Part shown: positions 38,744 through 48,118 of the stretch, one piece after another
Numbering within the stretch: position 1 is the stretch's first letter
Layout of the letters: every line of letters starts with the position of its first letter
Origin: Bacteroidales bacterium
GTDB taxonomy: Bacteria; Bacteroidota; Bacteroidia; Bacteroidales; VadinHA17
Length of the DNA: 64,000 nucleotides
Reading direction: 5' to 3'
Assembly: GCA_018056245.1 (NCBI GenBank)
Contig: JAGPFZ010000001.1
Span: 5,038 to 69,037 of the forward strand
Notes under the pieces: generated by a model
The model's input: the letters and a program-made list of their open reading frames with translations, nothing else
What the model was told of the DNA's origin: nothing
Databases searched by the model: none
Position numbers and translations under genes: made by a program

Positions 38744-40048
38744 TTGAAAAAAACAGTCAAATTATTATTTATTGTAATTCTGGTACTTCTGTCAGGATAT
38801 GGTCCGGAAGCAGTTGAAAATGATATTCATTTCACAGAAAAACTGGTTCCAGGTAATATAAGACTTTCAAATGAACTTTCTGATTACCCTGAATTTGATG
38901 AATTTGAAAAAGTTATAAACAAATTTATTCGCCGATGGAATATAGTAGGCGCTTCAATAGCAGTTGCAAAAGATGGGAAACTTGTTTACGCAAAGGGTTT
39001 CGGTTATGCCGACAGTACATTGCATGAACCTGTGCAACCTTTTAGTCGCTTTAGAATAGCAAGCATCTCGAAGCTCGTCACTGCTACAGCAATTATGAAA
39101 CTGCAGGAAGAAGGAAAAATTTCAGTATATGATAAGGTTTTCGGACCAGGAGGCATTCTGAATGATCCTTTCTATAGCAACCCGAAAGACAAAAGAGTGT
39201 ACAATATAACAGTTGCTCATTTACTTGCCCATGAAAGCGGATGGACTACAAGATGGGGTGACCAGATGTTCATGCCTCTGGTTGTTGCAAAGGAAATGGG
39301 CATTTCCCCTCCGGTTGATACTAAAACAATTGTTCGGTTTGCACTTAATAAGAATCTTCATTATACACCTGGCACTGGCCGTTCTTATTCAAATCTGGGA
39401 TATGCTATACTGGGTCTGGTGATTGAAAAGGTTACTGGAATGCCCTATGAAGTTTATTGCAGAAAGAATATACTGGAATCGGCATGCATTTATGACATGT
39501 GCCTGGCACATAATCTAAAAAAGGAAAAACTGCCGTTCGAGGTTTCTTATTATGAGCCAGATGATGCTATATTAAAAATGTCGGTTTATGGAACAGGAGA
39601 ACTGCTCCCGGCATCCTACGGAGGAAATGATATTGAATCTCTCGGTGCAGCAGGCGCATGGGTTGCAACTGCGCCTGATCTTGTAAAATTTGTACTTGCT
39701 ATTGATGGATGTAATACAGAAAAAGATATACTGAGCAAAGAATCGGTCGAATTCATGACAAATATACAAAGCGGCTATGCACCTGCAGGATGGAAAGCAA
39801 CCTCGCCAGACGGAACATGGTGGAGGACTGGCTCTTTCCCTGGCACAGCAGGTATGGTTAAGCACCAATCCGACGGCACCGTATGGGCTATTCTACTTAA
39901 TACAAGCTGCTGGAATGGACCTGAAATTTCAACCGAAGTAAATTATTTCATCACCAGTGCACTTTCTAAAATACATAAATGGCCTGAGCACGACCTTTTT
40001 GCATACTATATTAATTCTCCATTGTCAGATGATATCTTTATGAAATAA
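38744..40048 (+). CDS. serine hydrolase of the beta-lactamase/PBP (class C-like) family
   Basis: SxxK motif (IASISKLVTA), YSN motif (SYSNLGY). TTG start, signal/lipoprotein-like N-terminus. 434 aa. Confidence 0.75.
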   Translation: MKKTVKLLFIVILVLLSGYGPEAVENDIHFTEKLVPGNIRLSNELSDYPEFDEFEKVINKFIRRWNIVGASIAVAKDGKLVYAKGFGYADSTLHEPVQPFSRFRIASISKLVTATAIMKLQEEGKISVYDKVFGPGGILNDPFYSNPKDKRVYNITVAHLLAHESGWTTRWGDQMFMPLVVAKEMGISPPVDTKTIVRFALNKNLHYTPGTGRSYSNLGYAILGLVIEKVTGMPYEVYCRKNILESACIYDMCLAHNLKKEKLPFEVSYYEPDDAILKMSVYGTGELLPASYGGNDIESLGAAGAWVATAPDLVKFVLAIDGCNTEKDILSKESVEFMTNIQSGYAPAGWKATSPDGTWWRTGSFPGTAGMVKHQSDGTVWAILLNTSCWNGPEISTEVNYFITSALSKIHKWPEHDLFAYYINSPLSDDIFMK

Positions 40049-40059
40049 ACTACAATCTA

Positions 40060-40122
40060 TATGTTCAACCTTTAATCTTCGATGTTCAATATTCGATATT
40101 CGATATTCGATATTCAATTATG
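40060..40122. repeat. heptamer tandem array, consensus RATNTTC, 9 units including 3 perfect gatattc
   Basis: tatgttc aaccttt aatcttc gatgttc aatattc gatattc gatattc gatattc aattatg. The last unit contains the ATG of the next gene. Confidence 0.85.
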
Positions 40123-40845
40123 TGTTTTTCCATAAATGTCAACCTGGTAAAAGAAGAAATTGAGAGTCGCTATAATGCCAAACTGATTGATTATGACCGG
40201 TATAAGCCGAGTTATTATTATCATGCTTATTCACTTCCTGATTTGCCAGTTGTTGGAGCTGAAAGAAGAGATAAAATAGAAAATATGAAGTGGGGTTTAA
40301 TACCTTCGTGGGTAAAAAATGATGAAGATGCCAATAAAATCAGGTTCAAGACATTTAATGCAAGGGCTGAGACCATTCATATAAAACCTTCATTTTCAAA
40401 TTCATTTTTTTCCAGAAGATGCATTATACCCATTAGAGGATTTTATGAGTGGCAACATATTGGTGAAAGAAAAATACCATGGTATATTTTCAGAGCCGAT
40501 GGGGATATTATGTCGGTAGCAGGTTTATGGTCTGAATGGGTGGAAAGCACTTCCGGTGAAATTGTCAGAACGTTTACTATAATCACCACAAGTGCAAATG
40601 AAATGATGGCCAGAATACATAATTCTAAAAAGCGAATGCCAGCTATTATTGAAAAAATAAATGAAGATGAATGGCTTAATAAAGGAACACAGACAGATAA
40701 ATTATTTGCTCTTTTAGCTCCTTATCCGGATAATATTCTTAATGCTTATACAATAAGCAACCTTATAAGTAAAAAAGATGCGGACAAAAATAGCCCTGAT
40801 ATTATAAAGCCTTTTAAATATGATTTACCAGACGCTTTTTTCTAA
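40120..40845 (+). CDS. SOS response-associated peptidase (SRAP/YedK-HMCES family, abasic-site DNA-protein crosslinking)
   Basis: Met-Cys2 N-terminus (MCFS), WGLIPSW, FNARAET, GFYEW and HN.KKRMP motifs. 241 aa. Confidence 0.8.
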   Translation: MCFSINVNLVKEEIESRYNAKLIDYDRYKPSYYYHAYSLPDLPVVGAERRDKIENMKWGLIPSWVKNDEDANKIRFKTFNARAETIHIKPSFSNSFFSRRCIIPIRGFYEWQHIGERKIPWYIFRADGDIMSVAGLWSEWVESTSGEIVRTFTIITTSANEMMARIHNSKKRMPAIIEKINEDEWLNKGTQTDKLFALLAPYPDNILNAYTISNLISKKDADKNSPDIIKPFKYDLPDAFF

Positions 40846-40854
40846 AAAAGCAAC

Positions 40855-41628
40855 TTAATTTTTCTCCCATTGTGGAACGAAATGATAAGTAATTGTGCCA
40901 AAAATATTTTTTGTAGCCGAGGCATCAGGCGAGAATCTCGATATTTGAGCTGACGATATTGCTGCTTCTATAAGGCAAGGGTCTAAAGTAGTGCTTTCGC
41001 CCTCGACCACAAATGCTTTGGAAACGAATCCTTTTGGATCAACCTCAATAGAAATGGTTACTTTTCCACCTGTTTCACATTTATAAACAGGAATGGGAAG
41101 ATAAATTTGAACTCTTTCGGGCAGATAATAATATATTCTTGTTGGCCCGCTATACTTTGCAGCAATTTCATTTGATTCCTTTATAATCTCGTCAGATTTC
41201 GCCTTAGCATTTTGCTGAACTTCAATACCTTCATTTTGTTTTTCCGCCATAAGCCTTTTCTGTTCATCAATAAAATTATCCGGACCAAGGAGCCCGCTTT
41301 TAATCATCTCTTCTTTCACTTTTTCTAGATAATCATTCGGATCGATTTTTACATCAGGCTTTTCAGCAAGATTACGAGCAATATTAAGGATTTCCTGATC
41401 ATCGGAATAAATATTTTCTGAACCGACGGCAGTTCCTGTTTCTGCGTCTGAATCAGTTATATACGGTATTTCATTAAACTCAATGACAATTTTGTAATCC
41501 TGCATATATTTATTTATATCGAACGAATTGATTTTGACAATCATCAATATTATGCCAGCAATAAGGTGAATTATTATTGCACCAAGTAAGCCGATGAGTT
41601 TCTCCTTGCTCCGTATCATGAAATGCAA
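40855..41628 (-). CDS. TonB-like energy transducer C-terminal domain protein
   Basis: N-terminal TM anchor, charged linker, C-terminal GGKVTISIEVDPKGFV...AAISSAQISRFSP resembling TonB_C. Confidence 0.55.
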   Translation of the reverse strand: MHFMIRSKEKLIGLLGAIIIHLIAGIILMIVKINSFDINKYMQDYKIVIEFNEIPYITDSDAETGTAVGSENIYSDDQEILNIARNLAEKPDVKIDPNDYLEKVKEEMIKSGLLGPDNFIDEQKRLMAEKQNEGIEVQQNAKAKSDEIIKESNEIAAKYSGPTRIYYYLPERVQIYLPIPVYKCETGGKVTISIEVDPKGFVSKAFVVEGESTTLDPCLIEAAISSAQISRFSPDASATKNIFGTITYHFVPQWEKN

Positions 41629-41836
41629 AATTACTAATAATTGCTGTTTACTGAAGAAGATTCGTTTTTTACCCGGTTATTATTTTTTATTTATAAATAA
41701 CGGTAAACAATTCAAATCTATGTTAATAGCACATGGATTACAATCGGAAGAAATATCGTTTTTGCTATTATTAAGCTTTACTAATAATATTCGACTCGGT
41801 TGAAACAGGAAATAACGAGTTTAAAACAGCAGATAT

Positions 41837-42517
41837 TTAATCATTACTTGAAACTTTTGTTTTGTTTTTGCTTTTTTGTCCAGATTTTTCATTTTTCAGA
41901 AGTCCGTTTTTAACTCCGCTAAAAAACTTAGCCCATGCAAAAGGATTTAACAAATTGTTTGCCGGACTCTGGTTTCGTGTAATAATACCATCTGCTGTTT
42001 GCTGCATGGCCATTCGATAGCCTGCTTCAGGCGTACTTTTGCCTTCGCTATTTTCAATGGTTCTTTGAATATATGCCAGATTCTGATACATATAACGAAG
42101 CTCAGGCTTTAAAGCCGGAACGGTTGAAAGAAATTCTCTCTTAAATTCTTCATAATTCCTCCATGGAAGAATGGTAATTCCTTCAATGGAAATAGTATCG
42201 GAAACAAGGCTTATATCCTTTTTGAAAATTTGCCCTTCGAAATCAACAGGGATACTGAAAAGATATTTTTTATATCCGAGCGCACTTACTGTAATAGTAT
42301 CACCAGGAATTGATATAATAGAGTAAATCCCTGAAAATTCACTTATGGTTCCTCTGTTGAGTTTTTTTGATACAATTGCAGCATTATAAACAGGTTTATT
42401 TTCATCGTCAGTAATAAAACCCGTTGCCTGTATCAGTTTCTTCGATCCCGGAATTTGCCCTGACACAGACAGAACAGCAATAAACGTAATGAATCCGATA
42501 AACAAAAATTTCTTCAA
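41837..42517 (-). CDS. CarboxypepD_reg-like domain protein
   Basis: Signal peptide, then TGFITDDENKPVYNAAI......GTISEFSGIYSI...GDTITVSALGYK. 226 aa. Confidence 0.55.
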   Translation of the reverse strand: MKKFLFIGFITFIAVLSVSGQIPGSKKLIQATGFITDDENKPVYNAAIVSKKLNRGTISEFSGIYSIISIPGDTITVSALGYKKYLFSIPVDFEGQIFKKDISLVSDTISIEGITILPWRNYEEFKREFLSTVPALKPELRYMYQNLAYIQRTIENSEGKSTPEAGYRMAMQQTADGIITRNQSPANNLLNPFAWAKFFSGVKNGLLKNEKSGQKSKNKTKVSSND

Positions 42518-42825
42518 AATTTAATTTTCTTATAAACGTAAATTCTTATAACAAATTTGTAAAGTAAGCAATAATGATTTTATTCTTGAAAATTTTACTT
42601 TAAATTTAATCATTTTAAAGGTTCTTTTTTACATCTGTACGGTCTTTTTCAAATCAGGATTATGAAATTATAGATACGGTAGTGATAATTTGACAATTTG
42701 AAAAATATGATAATTGCTATTGATAAGATGATATCGGTGGGAAATTTATTGGAGAATGGTATAATTTACAAAAAAGCAAGTAAGCATCGCTAAAATGTAA
42801 TAAACATGCCTGTAAAATAATCTTT

Positions 42826-43815
42826 TCAAAGTTTGAAATGTGCATGTAAAAAAATCATATCGCTAATATCCTGATTATTGTCAGCAGGAATAGTTGCCTG
42901 ATAATCAATTGCTATTCTGACAGATTTATTAAATGTGTATTGTAATCCTCCTATTAAGAGGGAGTTATCTTTTTTATAATTCCATTCTGCAGCATCGCCC
43001 GGGACTATGACCGAAGTGGAATAATCATATCTGGCAAAAAGCTGAAATTTTTCAGTCAGATTTATTGATCCGGTCGTTGAAACGCCCCATGCGTTATGTC
43101 CTTCTTTAAGATCAAGGTTTGATTTGTAATTTATTTCAGCTCCAAATTTAATAACACTATATGAAAATCCTGCAAAACCAATAAATGTCGATTGCCGTAA
43201 TTCATTCTTTTTGCGTGTATCGCCGTATATTCTTAAAACTACCTGCCTCAGTGGGTAAATATTTATTCCTGCTGCGATTTTCAGACTCCCGTCTGTTTTA
43301 TTCGATACACCATCCCCATTCATAAGTGTAAAATCAGCTTCGATAATATCGTTGAATTTATAATCCATAGCAAGCCCGAGATCGAAAAGAAATCCGTAAC
43401 CATTAAGTGATTGGAAAGTACTCGCTACATATCGTTTATCCCAGAATTTCTGTTGAAACATCATTATCCTTGTACCGGTGATTCCAATAGCAATCTTCAG
43501 CTTTTCCGAATTATATCCGATTGATGCTTCCCTTATTGGCGATCTTTCACCATAGTACGGCATTGTATCAAGTAGCTTTACCATATTCAGAATAAATGTT
43601 GCGTGAAATTTATCATCGAAATATAAATCACTTCCGAACCATGCTCTTTTCACACTAAATCCTTTGGATATATCACTGTTTCCAGGAGCGAAATGAAAAT
43701 CTGTAAAAATCTCAGTTATTGGCATGACCTTGCTTTTGTCGGATTGAGATAAAAGCAAGGGCGATGCTGTTATAAGAGCCAGTATTAATGTGATTAATCT
43801 TTTATTTATTGACAT
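42826..43815 (-). CDS. outer-membrane beta-barrel porin-like protein
   Basis: Signal peptide, alternating beta-strand pattern throughout with aromatic girdles. 329 aa. Confidence 0.55.
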   Translation of the reverse strand: MSINKRLITLILALITASPLLLSQSDKSKVMPITEIFTDFHFAPGNSDISKGFSVKRAWFGSDLYFDDKFHATFILNMVKLLDTMPYYGERSPIREASIGYNSEKLKIAIGITGTRIMMFQQKFWDKRYVASTFQSLNGYGFLFDLGLAMDYKFNDIIEADFTLMNGDGVSNKTDGSLKIAAGINIYPLRQVVLRIYGDTRKKNELRQSTFIGFAGFSYSVIKFGAEINYKSNLDLKEGHNAWGVSTTGSINLTEKFQLFARYDYSTSVIVPGDAAEWNYKKDNSLLIGGLQYTFNKSVRIAIDYQATIPADNNQDISDMIFLHAHFKL

Positions 43816-44094
43816 TGTAAGAAGCTAAATGATTTTGTTTTTTCATGTTCCAAAGTTATTTTTTTATTTGAAAAGCTAACTTAAGCCGGATTGCTCTTTT
43901 TACTTTGTCCCATATTTCCTTTTTTCAGACAATTTCTATATTATTTGCAATTAGAACATTGATGAAACAGATGCGACAGATTTTCACGGATTGGCGTGGA
44001 TCCGTAAAAATTAGTGTAATCCGCGTTCCTGTAAAAACAAATGAATTTATTATGTTTCCGTAATAGTGTAGTCAGCAGAAAAAGAAAAGACAAT

Positions 44095-44130
44095 AAAAGA
44101 GGGTTGAAAATTATTTTTCAACCCTCTTTT
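44095..44130 (-). terminator. rho-independent terminator downstream of ssb
   Basis: Perfect 16-bp stem aaaagagggttgaaaa / ttttcaaccctctttt with loop ttat. On the minus strand it is followed by a T-rich tract (ttttattgtcttttcttttt). Confidence 0.7.
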
Positions 44131-44185
44131 GCACCAGGAATGCATCATCAAACCCTCTGAAAATCAGGATGGAGTTTCATCTTTA

Positions 44186-44536
44186 TTAAGAATCGGACGA
44201 TTTTGCCTTGCTCAGGCTTAAAAGTTCGTCGGCAATTATTTCGGTTATATACTTGGTTACACCTGTCTTATCTTCGTAGCTTCTGTACGATAATCTACCT
44301 TCGAGACAAACCTGACTGCCTTTTTTAAGATATTTTCCTGCAAAATCTGCAAGGCCGTTCCATGCGACAATATTATGCCATGTGGTTTCCGTTACTTTTT
44401 GGCCATCGCCGTTTTTGAACGTGTCGCTTGTGGCTAAAGTAAAATGTGCCACTCTTTTCCCGCTTTCAAGTGTCTTGTTTTCCGGATCATGACCCAGATT
44501 ACCGATTAATTGTACTCTGTTTTTTAACTTGTTCAT
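44186..44536 (-). CDS. ssb: single-stranded DNA-binding protein, short form without acidic C-terminal tip
   Basis: OB-fold NRVQLIGNLG.DPE......G..VA.F.LAT......G.....T.WH.IV.W...A.....YL.KGS.V..EG.L. I prefer the ATG at 44536. Confidence 0.85.
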   Translation of the reverse strand: MNKLKNRVQLIGNLGHDPENKTLESGKRVAHFTLATSDTFKNGDGQKVTETTWHNIVAWNGLADFAGKYLKKGSQVCLEGRLSYRSYEDKTGVTKYITEIIADELLSLSKAKSSDS

Positions 44537-44705
44537 AACTGTAATTTTTAAGTAATACATTAAATGAATTTTATTCTTGCCAAATTTAAAATGAGGTAAT
44601 CATGTATGTCGGTTTTTAAACATTTATAGACGTTTAAAACTTATTTATAATCGTTTCTATCCGTTTGAAAATGTTTTTTTATATCTTTATCAAAACTTTA
44701 CAACT

Positions 44706-45071
44706 GTGGAACGTAAATGTCTCGATTGCGGCGAAATTATCCGTGGACGTTCAGATAAGAAGTTTTGTTCCGACCAGTGCCGGAATAATTACAATAACAA
44801 ACTAAACCGCGACAGTAATAATTATGTGCGTAATGTTCACGGATTGTTAAGAAAAAACAGACGTATTCTGTGCGATCTTTATAATGAAGGGAAAACAGTT
44901 CTTCATAAGGATGCACTGTTTGCACTTGGTTATAATTTTAATTTCTTCACCCACATTATCGAAACAAAAGACGGGGTGAAGTATAACTACTGTTTTGAAT
45001 ATGGTTACTGTGAAAAGGATGAAGATTACATAGAATTGAAACAAAATCTTCAGTATCTTGAATATCTGTAA
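44706..45071 (+). CDS. hypothetical protein with N-terminal zinc-ribbon
   Basis: GTG start. CLDCG...FCSDQC four-Cys ribbon followed by a basic segment. 121 aa. Confidence 0.5.
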   Translation: MERKCLDCGEIIRGRSDKKFCSDQCRNNYNNKLNRDSNNYVRNVHGLLRKNRRILCDLYNEGKTVLHKDALFALGYNFNFFTHIIETKDGVKYNYCFEYGYCEKDEDYIELKQNLQYLEYL

Positions 45072-45093
45072 GTTCTGAAATTTTAAAGCTGAA

Positions 45094-45672
45094 CTAAATT
45101 GTGGATTTCATTGTCGGAACAGTAGGTGGCCTGTAATCTTCAAGAGGAACAATGGTGCCATGGTAATTCACCGTTTCTATATATGGATTAGTAACTGATA
45201 TGGAGCAGAAACCATTTGCTCCAAGCGACATGTATATATTAAACTTGTCATTATCTTTTATTACCTCCACATTTATTTTGTAAACATCCTTTTTATCGTC
45301 TGTTTTCATTTCATATCTGCCGATATGGCCGTTAAAGTTTATCCCTGTTATCTTCCTTATTCCAAAAGAGCGACCGAGATATGCCATGCTTACCGATGCC
45401 AATTCACCGTCTATTATTATGAAATTATTTCTGGGTACAAGTTCAACAGGTCTGCCTCTTGACGGTATAATCCTGTCAACCATAATAACATATTTTCTCT
45501 CTTCTATGGCTTTGCGAATAAAAAATTTTTCGGCGGCCTTTTTCTCACCTGACGAACTCGAACCTTCAGATGAAGCACTTTTTGATCCGGAACAGGCAGG
45601 GAAGAGTATAGTACTCAGTATAATTACAAAAAAAATATTCCTCATGCTTTTTATTTTATTAATAATCCTCAA
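45094..45672 (-). CDS. hypothetical lipoprotein (possibly DUF4251-like)
   Basis: Lipobox LFPACSG, Ser-rich linker, beta-rich body. The family assignment is from memory only. Confidence 0.5.
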   Translation of the reverse strand: MRIINKIKSMRNIFFVIILSTILFPACSGSKSASSEGSSSSGEKKAAEKFFIRKAIEERKYVIMVDRIIPSRGRPVELVPRNNFIIIDGELASVSMAYLGRSFGIRKITGINFNGHIGRYEMKTDDKKDVYKINVEVIKDNDKFNIYMSLGANGFCSISVTNPYIETVNYHGTIVPLEDYRPPTVPTMKSTI

Positions 45673-45760
45673 AATCTATGCCGTTAAACGTAATAAAAAG
45701 CTTATAGACATTAAAGATTACCGTCAGAGCCTTCAGATTTATTAATACTTCAGAAAGCAA

Positions 45761-45808
45761 ATCAAATCATCCAATCATCCAATCATTCAATCATCCAATC
45801 CTCCATCC
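45761..45808. repeat. octamer tandem array (atcaaatc atccaatc atccaatc attcaatc atccaatc ctccatcc)
   Basis: Six in-phase 8-nt units read directly, in the divergent spacer between 45672(-) and 45901(+). Confidence 0.85.
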
Positions 45809-45900
45809 TCAATAATAAATTACTCATTTGAGCAACCTTTTTATATTATTTCACGTTATATATCTGATTAATTTTTTAAGTCGAACTTAAAAGTATAACT

Positions 45901-46515
45901 ATGAAAAGGTTTTTGATAATTGTTTTTGTTTTTCTTTTTTCAGTTCCAGTTTTTTCACAGATTAAATTTGGTTTGAAAGCGGGCGCTACTATGGCCGATG
46001 TAGCTGAATACAATTTTACCGACGGCTCGACAACTATAGAAGCTTTGAAAAATGCTGCATGGGGATTTCATGCGGGTCTTTTTCTGAGGGTTTCACTTTT
46101 TGGTGTTTATATTCAACCCGAGGCAGTTTTTGCTTCTAATACTTATGAATATAATGTAACGACTGTTTCTGCCACTGAACTTAAGAAACAGACCTTTAAT
46201 AAGCTCGAAATACCTGTTCTTCTTGGCTTTAAACTTGGGCCGATCAGGATTAATGCAGGACCAGCAGCAGATATTCTGATAGGCTCACCAAAAGCACTTG
46301 TTGAAGATTCGAATTTTGATGAATTGTATAGAAATGCAACTTTCGGATTCCAGGCAGGCTTAGGATTCGACCTTCTTAAAAAACTTACATTTGATGTTAG
46401 ATACAGCGGTAGCCTTTCAGGAAAATTTGGAGATGCTGTAAATATAGGCGGACAGACTTTCAAGCTTGACCATCGCCAGCCATCGTTATTACTCAGTGTA
46501 GGTCTTATTTTTTAA
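45901..46515 (+). CDS. small outer-membrane beta-barrel protein (OmpA-like/PorT-like 8-strand barrel family)
   Basis: Signal peptide ending FSQ, FGLKAGAT start, alternating strands, C-terminal ...LLLSVGLIF. 204 aa. Confidence 0.65.
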   Translation: MKRFLIIVFVFLFSVPVFSQIKFGLKAGATMADVAEYNFTDGSTTIEALKNAAWGFHAGLFLRVSLFGVYIQPEAVFASNTYEYNVTTVSATELKKQTFNKLEIPVLLGFKLGPIRINAGPAADILIGSPKALVEDSNFDELYRNATFGFQAGLGFDLLKKLTFDVRYSGSLSGKFGDAVNIGGQTFKLDHRQPSLLLSVGLIF

Positions 46516-46550
46516 GTAAGGCATTTTAATTCAATTAAAGCATATAAAAT

Positions 46551-46583
46551 AAAAAACTCTCTCTTATTGAGAGAGTTTTTTTT
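46551..46583 (+). terminator. rho-independent (potentially bidirectional) terminator
   Basis: aaaaaa-ctctctc-ttatt-gagagag-tttttttt: a 7-bp stem of alternating G/C and A/T pairs, extendable through the flanking A/T tracts, followed by a T8 run. Confidence 0.75.
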
Positions 46584-46609
46584 ATTTTTACAATGTTTTG
46601 CTTTACTAA

Positions 46610-48076
46610 ATGACTATTTTTCTAACAGGATTACCGACTTTGCAAAATGTATTAACAGGCCTCTACATTATTACTGTTGTATTTGTTTGTTTCATTATTA
46701 TTTTCCAGAACAGAGCTCCTTATAAAACTCTTTCGTGGGTGATGGTAGTTCTGCTTATTCCTGTAGTCGGAATAATTTTTTACCTTTTATTCGGCCAAAA
46801 TTACCGGAAACAAAAAATATTCTCCCATAAAAGCATCCTTGATGCTGAACAGCTAAGTAATATAGCAGATATTCAGGCAAATACATTACATGAGCGGCTT
46901 TCAGGTGCAAGTGAAAAAGTAAAAGAGAAAGAGCATATTATCAAATTAATGCTCAATAATAATAAATCGTATCTTACTGAATATAATAAGGTAAATATTC
47001 TGATTGACGGCAAGGATACTTTTCCTTCGATGTTTGAATCCATAGCAGGAGCTAAGCGGTATATAAATATGGAAGTTTACAGATTTGAATCAGATATCCT
47101 CGGGATGAAATTCTGCGATGCTCTGGTTGAAAAGGCAAAAGAGGGAGTAAAAGTTAGAGTTATTTTTGACGATGTCGGAAGTTGGAATCTAAGCAAAAAA
47201 ATAGTCAGATGGATGCGGAATAACGGCGTGCAAATTTATCCATTCATGCCCGTAAGCTTTCCATGGCTGACAAATAAGATAAACTACCGTAATCACAGGA
47301 AAATCCTTGTTGTTGATGGTGTAAAGGGTTATGTGGGAGGACTTAATATTGCCGATAAATATCTTCACGGTCAGCGTTCAATAGGCAATTGGCGCGATAC
47401 TCACCTCTTTATAACAGGAGAAGCAGTTACTTCACTCAATAACGTATTTATGGTCGACTGGTACTTTGTTAGTAAAATTCTTCTTAACGATACAAACCTT
47501 TTACCTGATGAGAGTAAAGTAACAGATAAATGCTGGATTCAGATTGCATTCAGCGGCCCTGATTCCGACTGGTCTAACATAATGCAAGTTTACTTTTCAG
47601 CTATCGCAACCGCAAGGAAATACATATACCTGTGTACTCCATATTTTTCTCCCGATGAGACGATATTAAATGCACTTTTCACAACATCCCTTTCAGGAGT
47701 TGATGTCAGACTGATACTACCCGGCAAATCGGATTCGCCGGTAGCATATTGGAATACAAGATCTTATATAGAGGAACTTATGGAGGCAGGTATAAAAATA
47801 TATCTTTATAATGAAGGATTTAATCATTCAAAATATCTTCTTGTTGACAATGTCTTTGCTTCGGTTGGCTCCGCTAATGTTGATATGAGAAGCTTTGACC
47901 TGAATTTTGAAATTGCAGCTATGATTTATGACGAGGATTTTGCAGCCCGCCTGCTAAAAGTCTTTTATTCTGATATATCAAAAAGTAATGAAATAAAAAT
48001 TGAAGAATGGAAAAGACGAAAAAAAACTGATAAATATAAGGAGTCACTTGCACGTATTTTAGGACCTTTATATTAA
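46610..48076 (+). CDS. cls: cardiolipin synthase
   Basis: Two N-terminal TM helices and two HKD motifs (HRKILVVDG...GGLNI and HSKYLLVDN...GSANVD). 488 aa. Confidence 0.9.
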   Translation: MTIFLTGLPTLQNVLTGLYIITVVFVCFIIIFQNRAPYKTLSWVMVVLLIPVVGIIFYLLFGQNYRKQKIFSHKSILDAEQLSNIADIQANTLHERLSGASEKVKEKEHIIKLMLNNNKSYLTEYNKVNILIDGKDTFPSMFESIAGAKRYINMEVYRFESDILGMKFCDALVEKAKEGVKVRVIFDDVGSWNLSKKIVRWMRNNGVQIYPFMPVSFPWLTNKINYRNHRKILVVDGVKGYVGGLNIADKYLHGQRSIGNWRDTHLFITGEAVTSLNNVFMVDWYFVSKILLNDTNLLPDESKVTDKCWIQIAFSGPDSDWSNIMQVYFSAIATARKYIYLCTPYFSPDETILNALFTTSLSGVDVRLILPGKSDSPVAYWNTRSYIEELMEAGIKIYLYNEGFNHSKYLLVDNVFASVGSANVDMRSFDLNFEIAAMIYDEDFAARLLKVFYSDISKSNEIKIEEWKRRKKTDKYKESLARILGPLY

Positions 48077-48078
48077 TC

Positions 48079-48106
48079 CCATCATCCATAATCCATCATC
48101 CATTTG
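48079..48106. repeat. heptamer tandem array (ccatcat ccataat ccatcat ccatttg)
   Basis: Four in-phase units starting 3 nt after the cls stop codon, in the convergent gap with the TauE-like gene. Confidence 0.75.
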
Positions 48107-48118
48107 GTTTCATGTTTT

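Noticed and set aside
41594-41803. 69-aa ORF in the TonB-like / CarboxypepD_reg spacer
   Set aside because: It begins inside the TonB-like gene on the opposite strand, has low-complexity sequence, and shows no supporting signal.
43816-45093. Suspicion that ssb, the zinc-ribbon gene and the repeat element mark a mobile element or prophage remnant
   Set aside because: There is no integrase, transposase, relaxase, tRNA attachment site or flanking direct repeats within reach. The neighbouring genes are ordinary envelope proteins.
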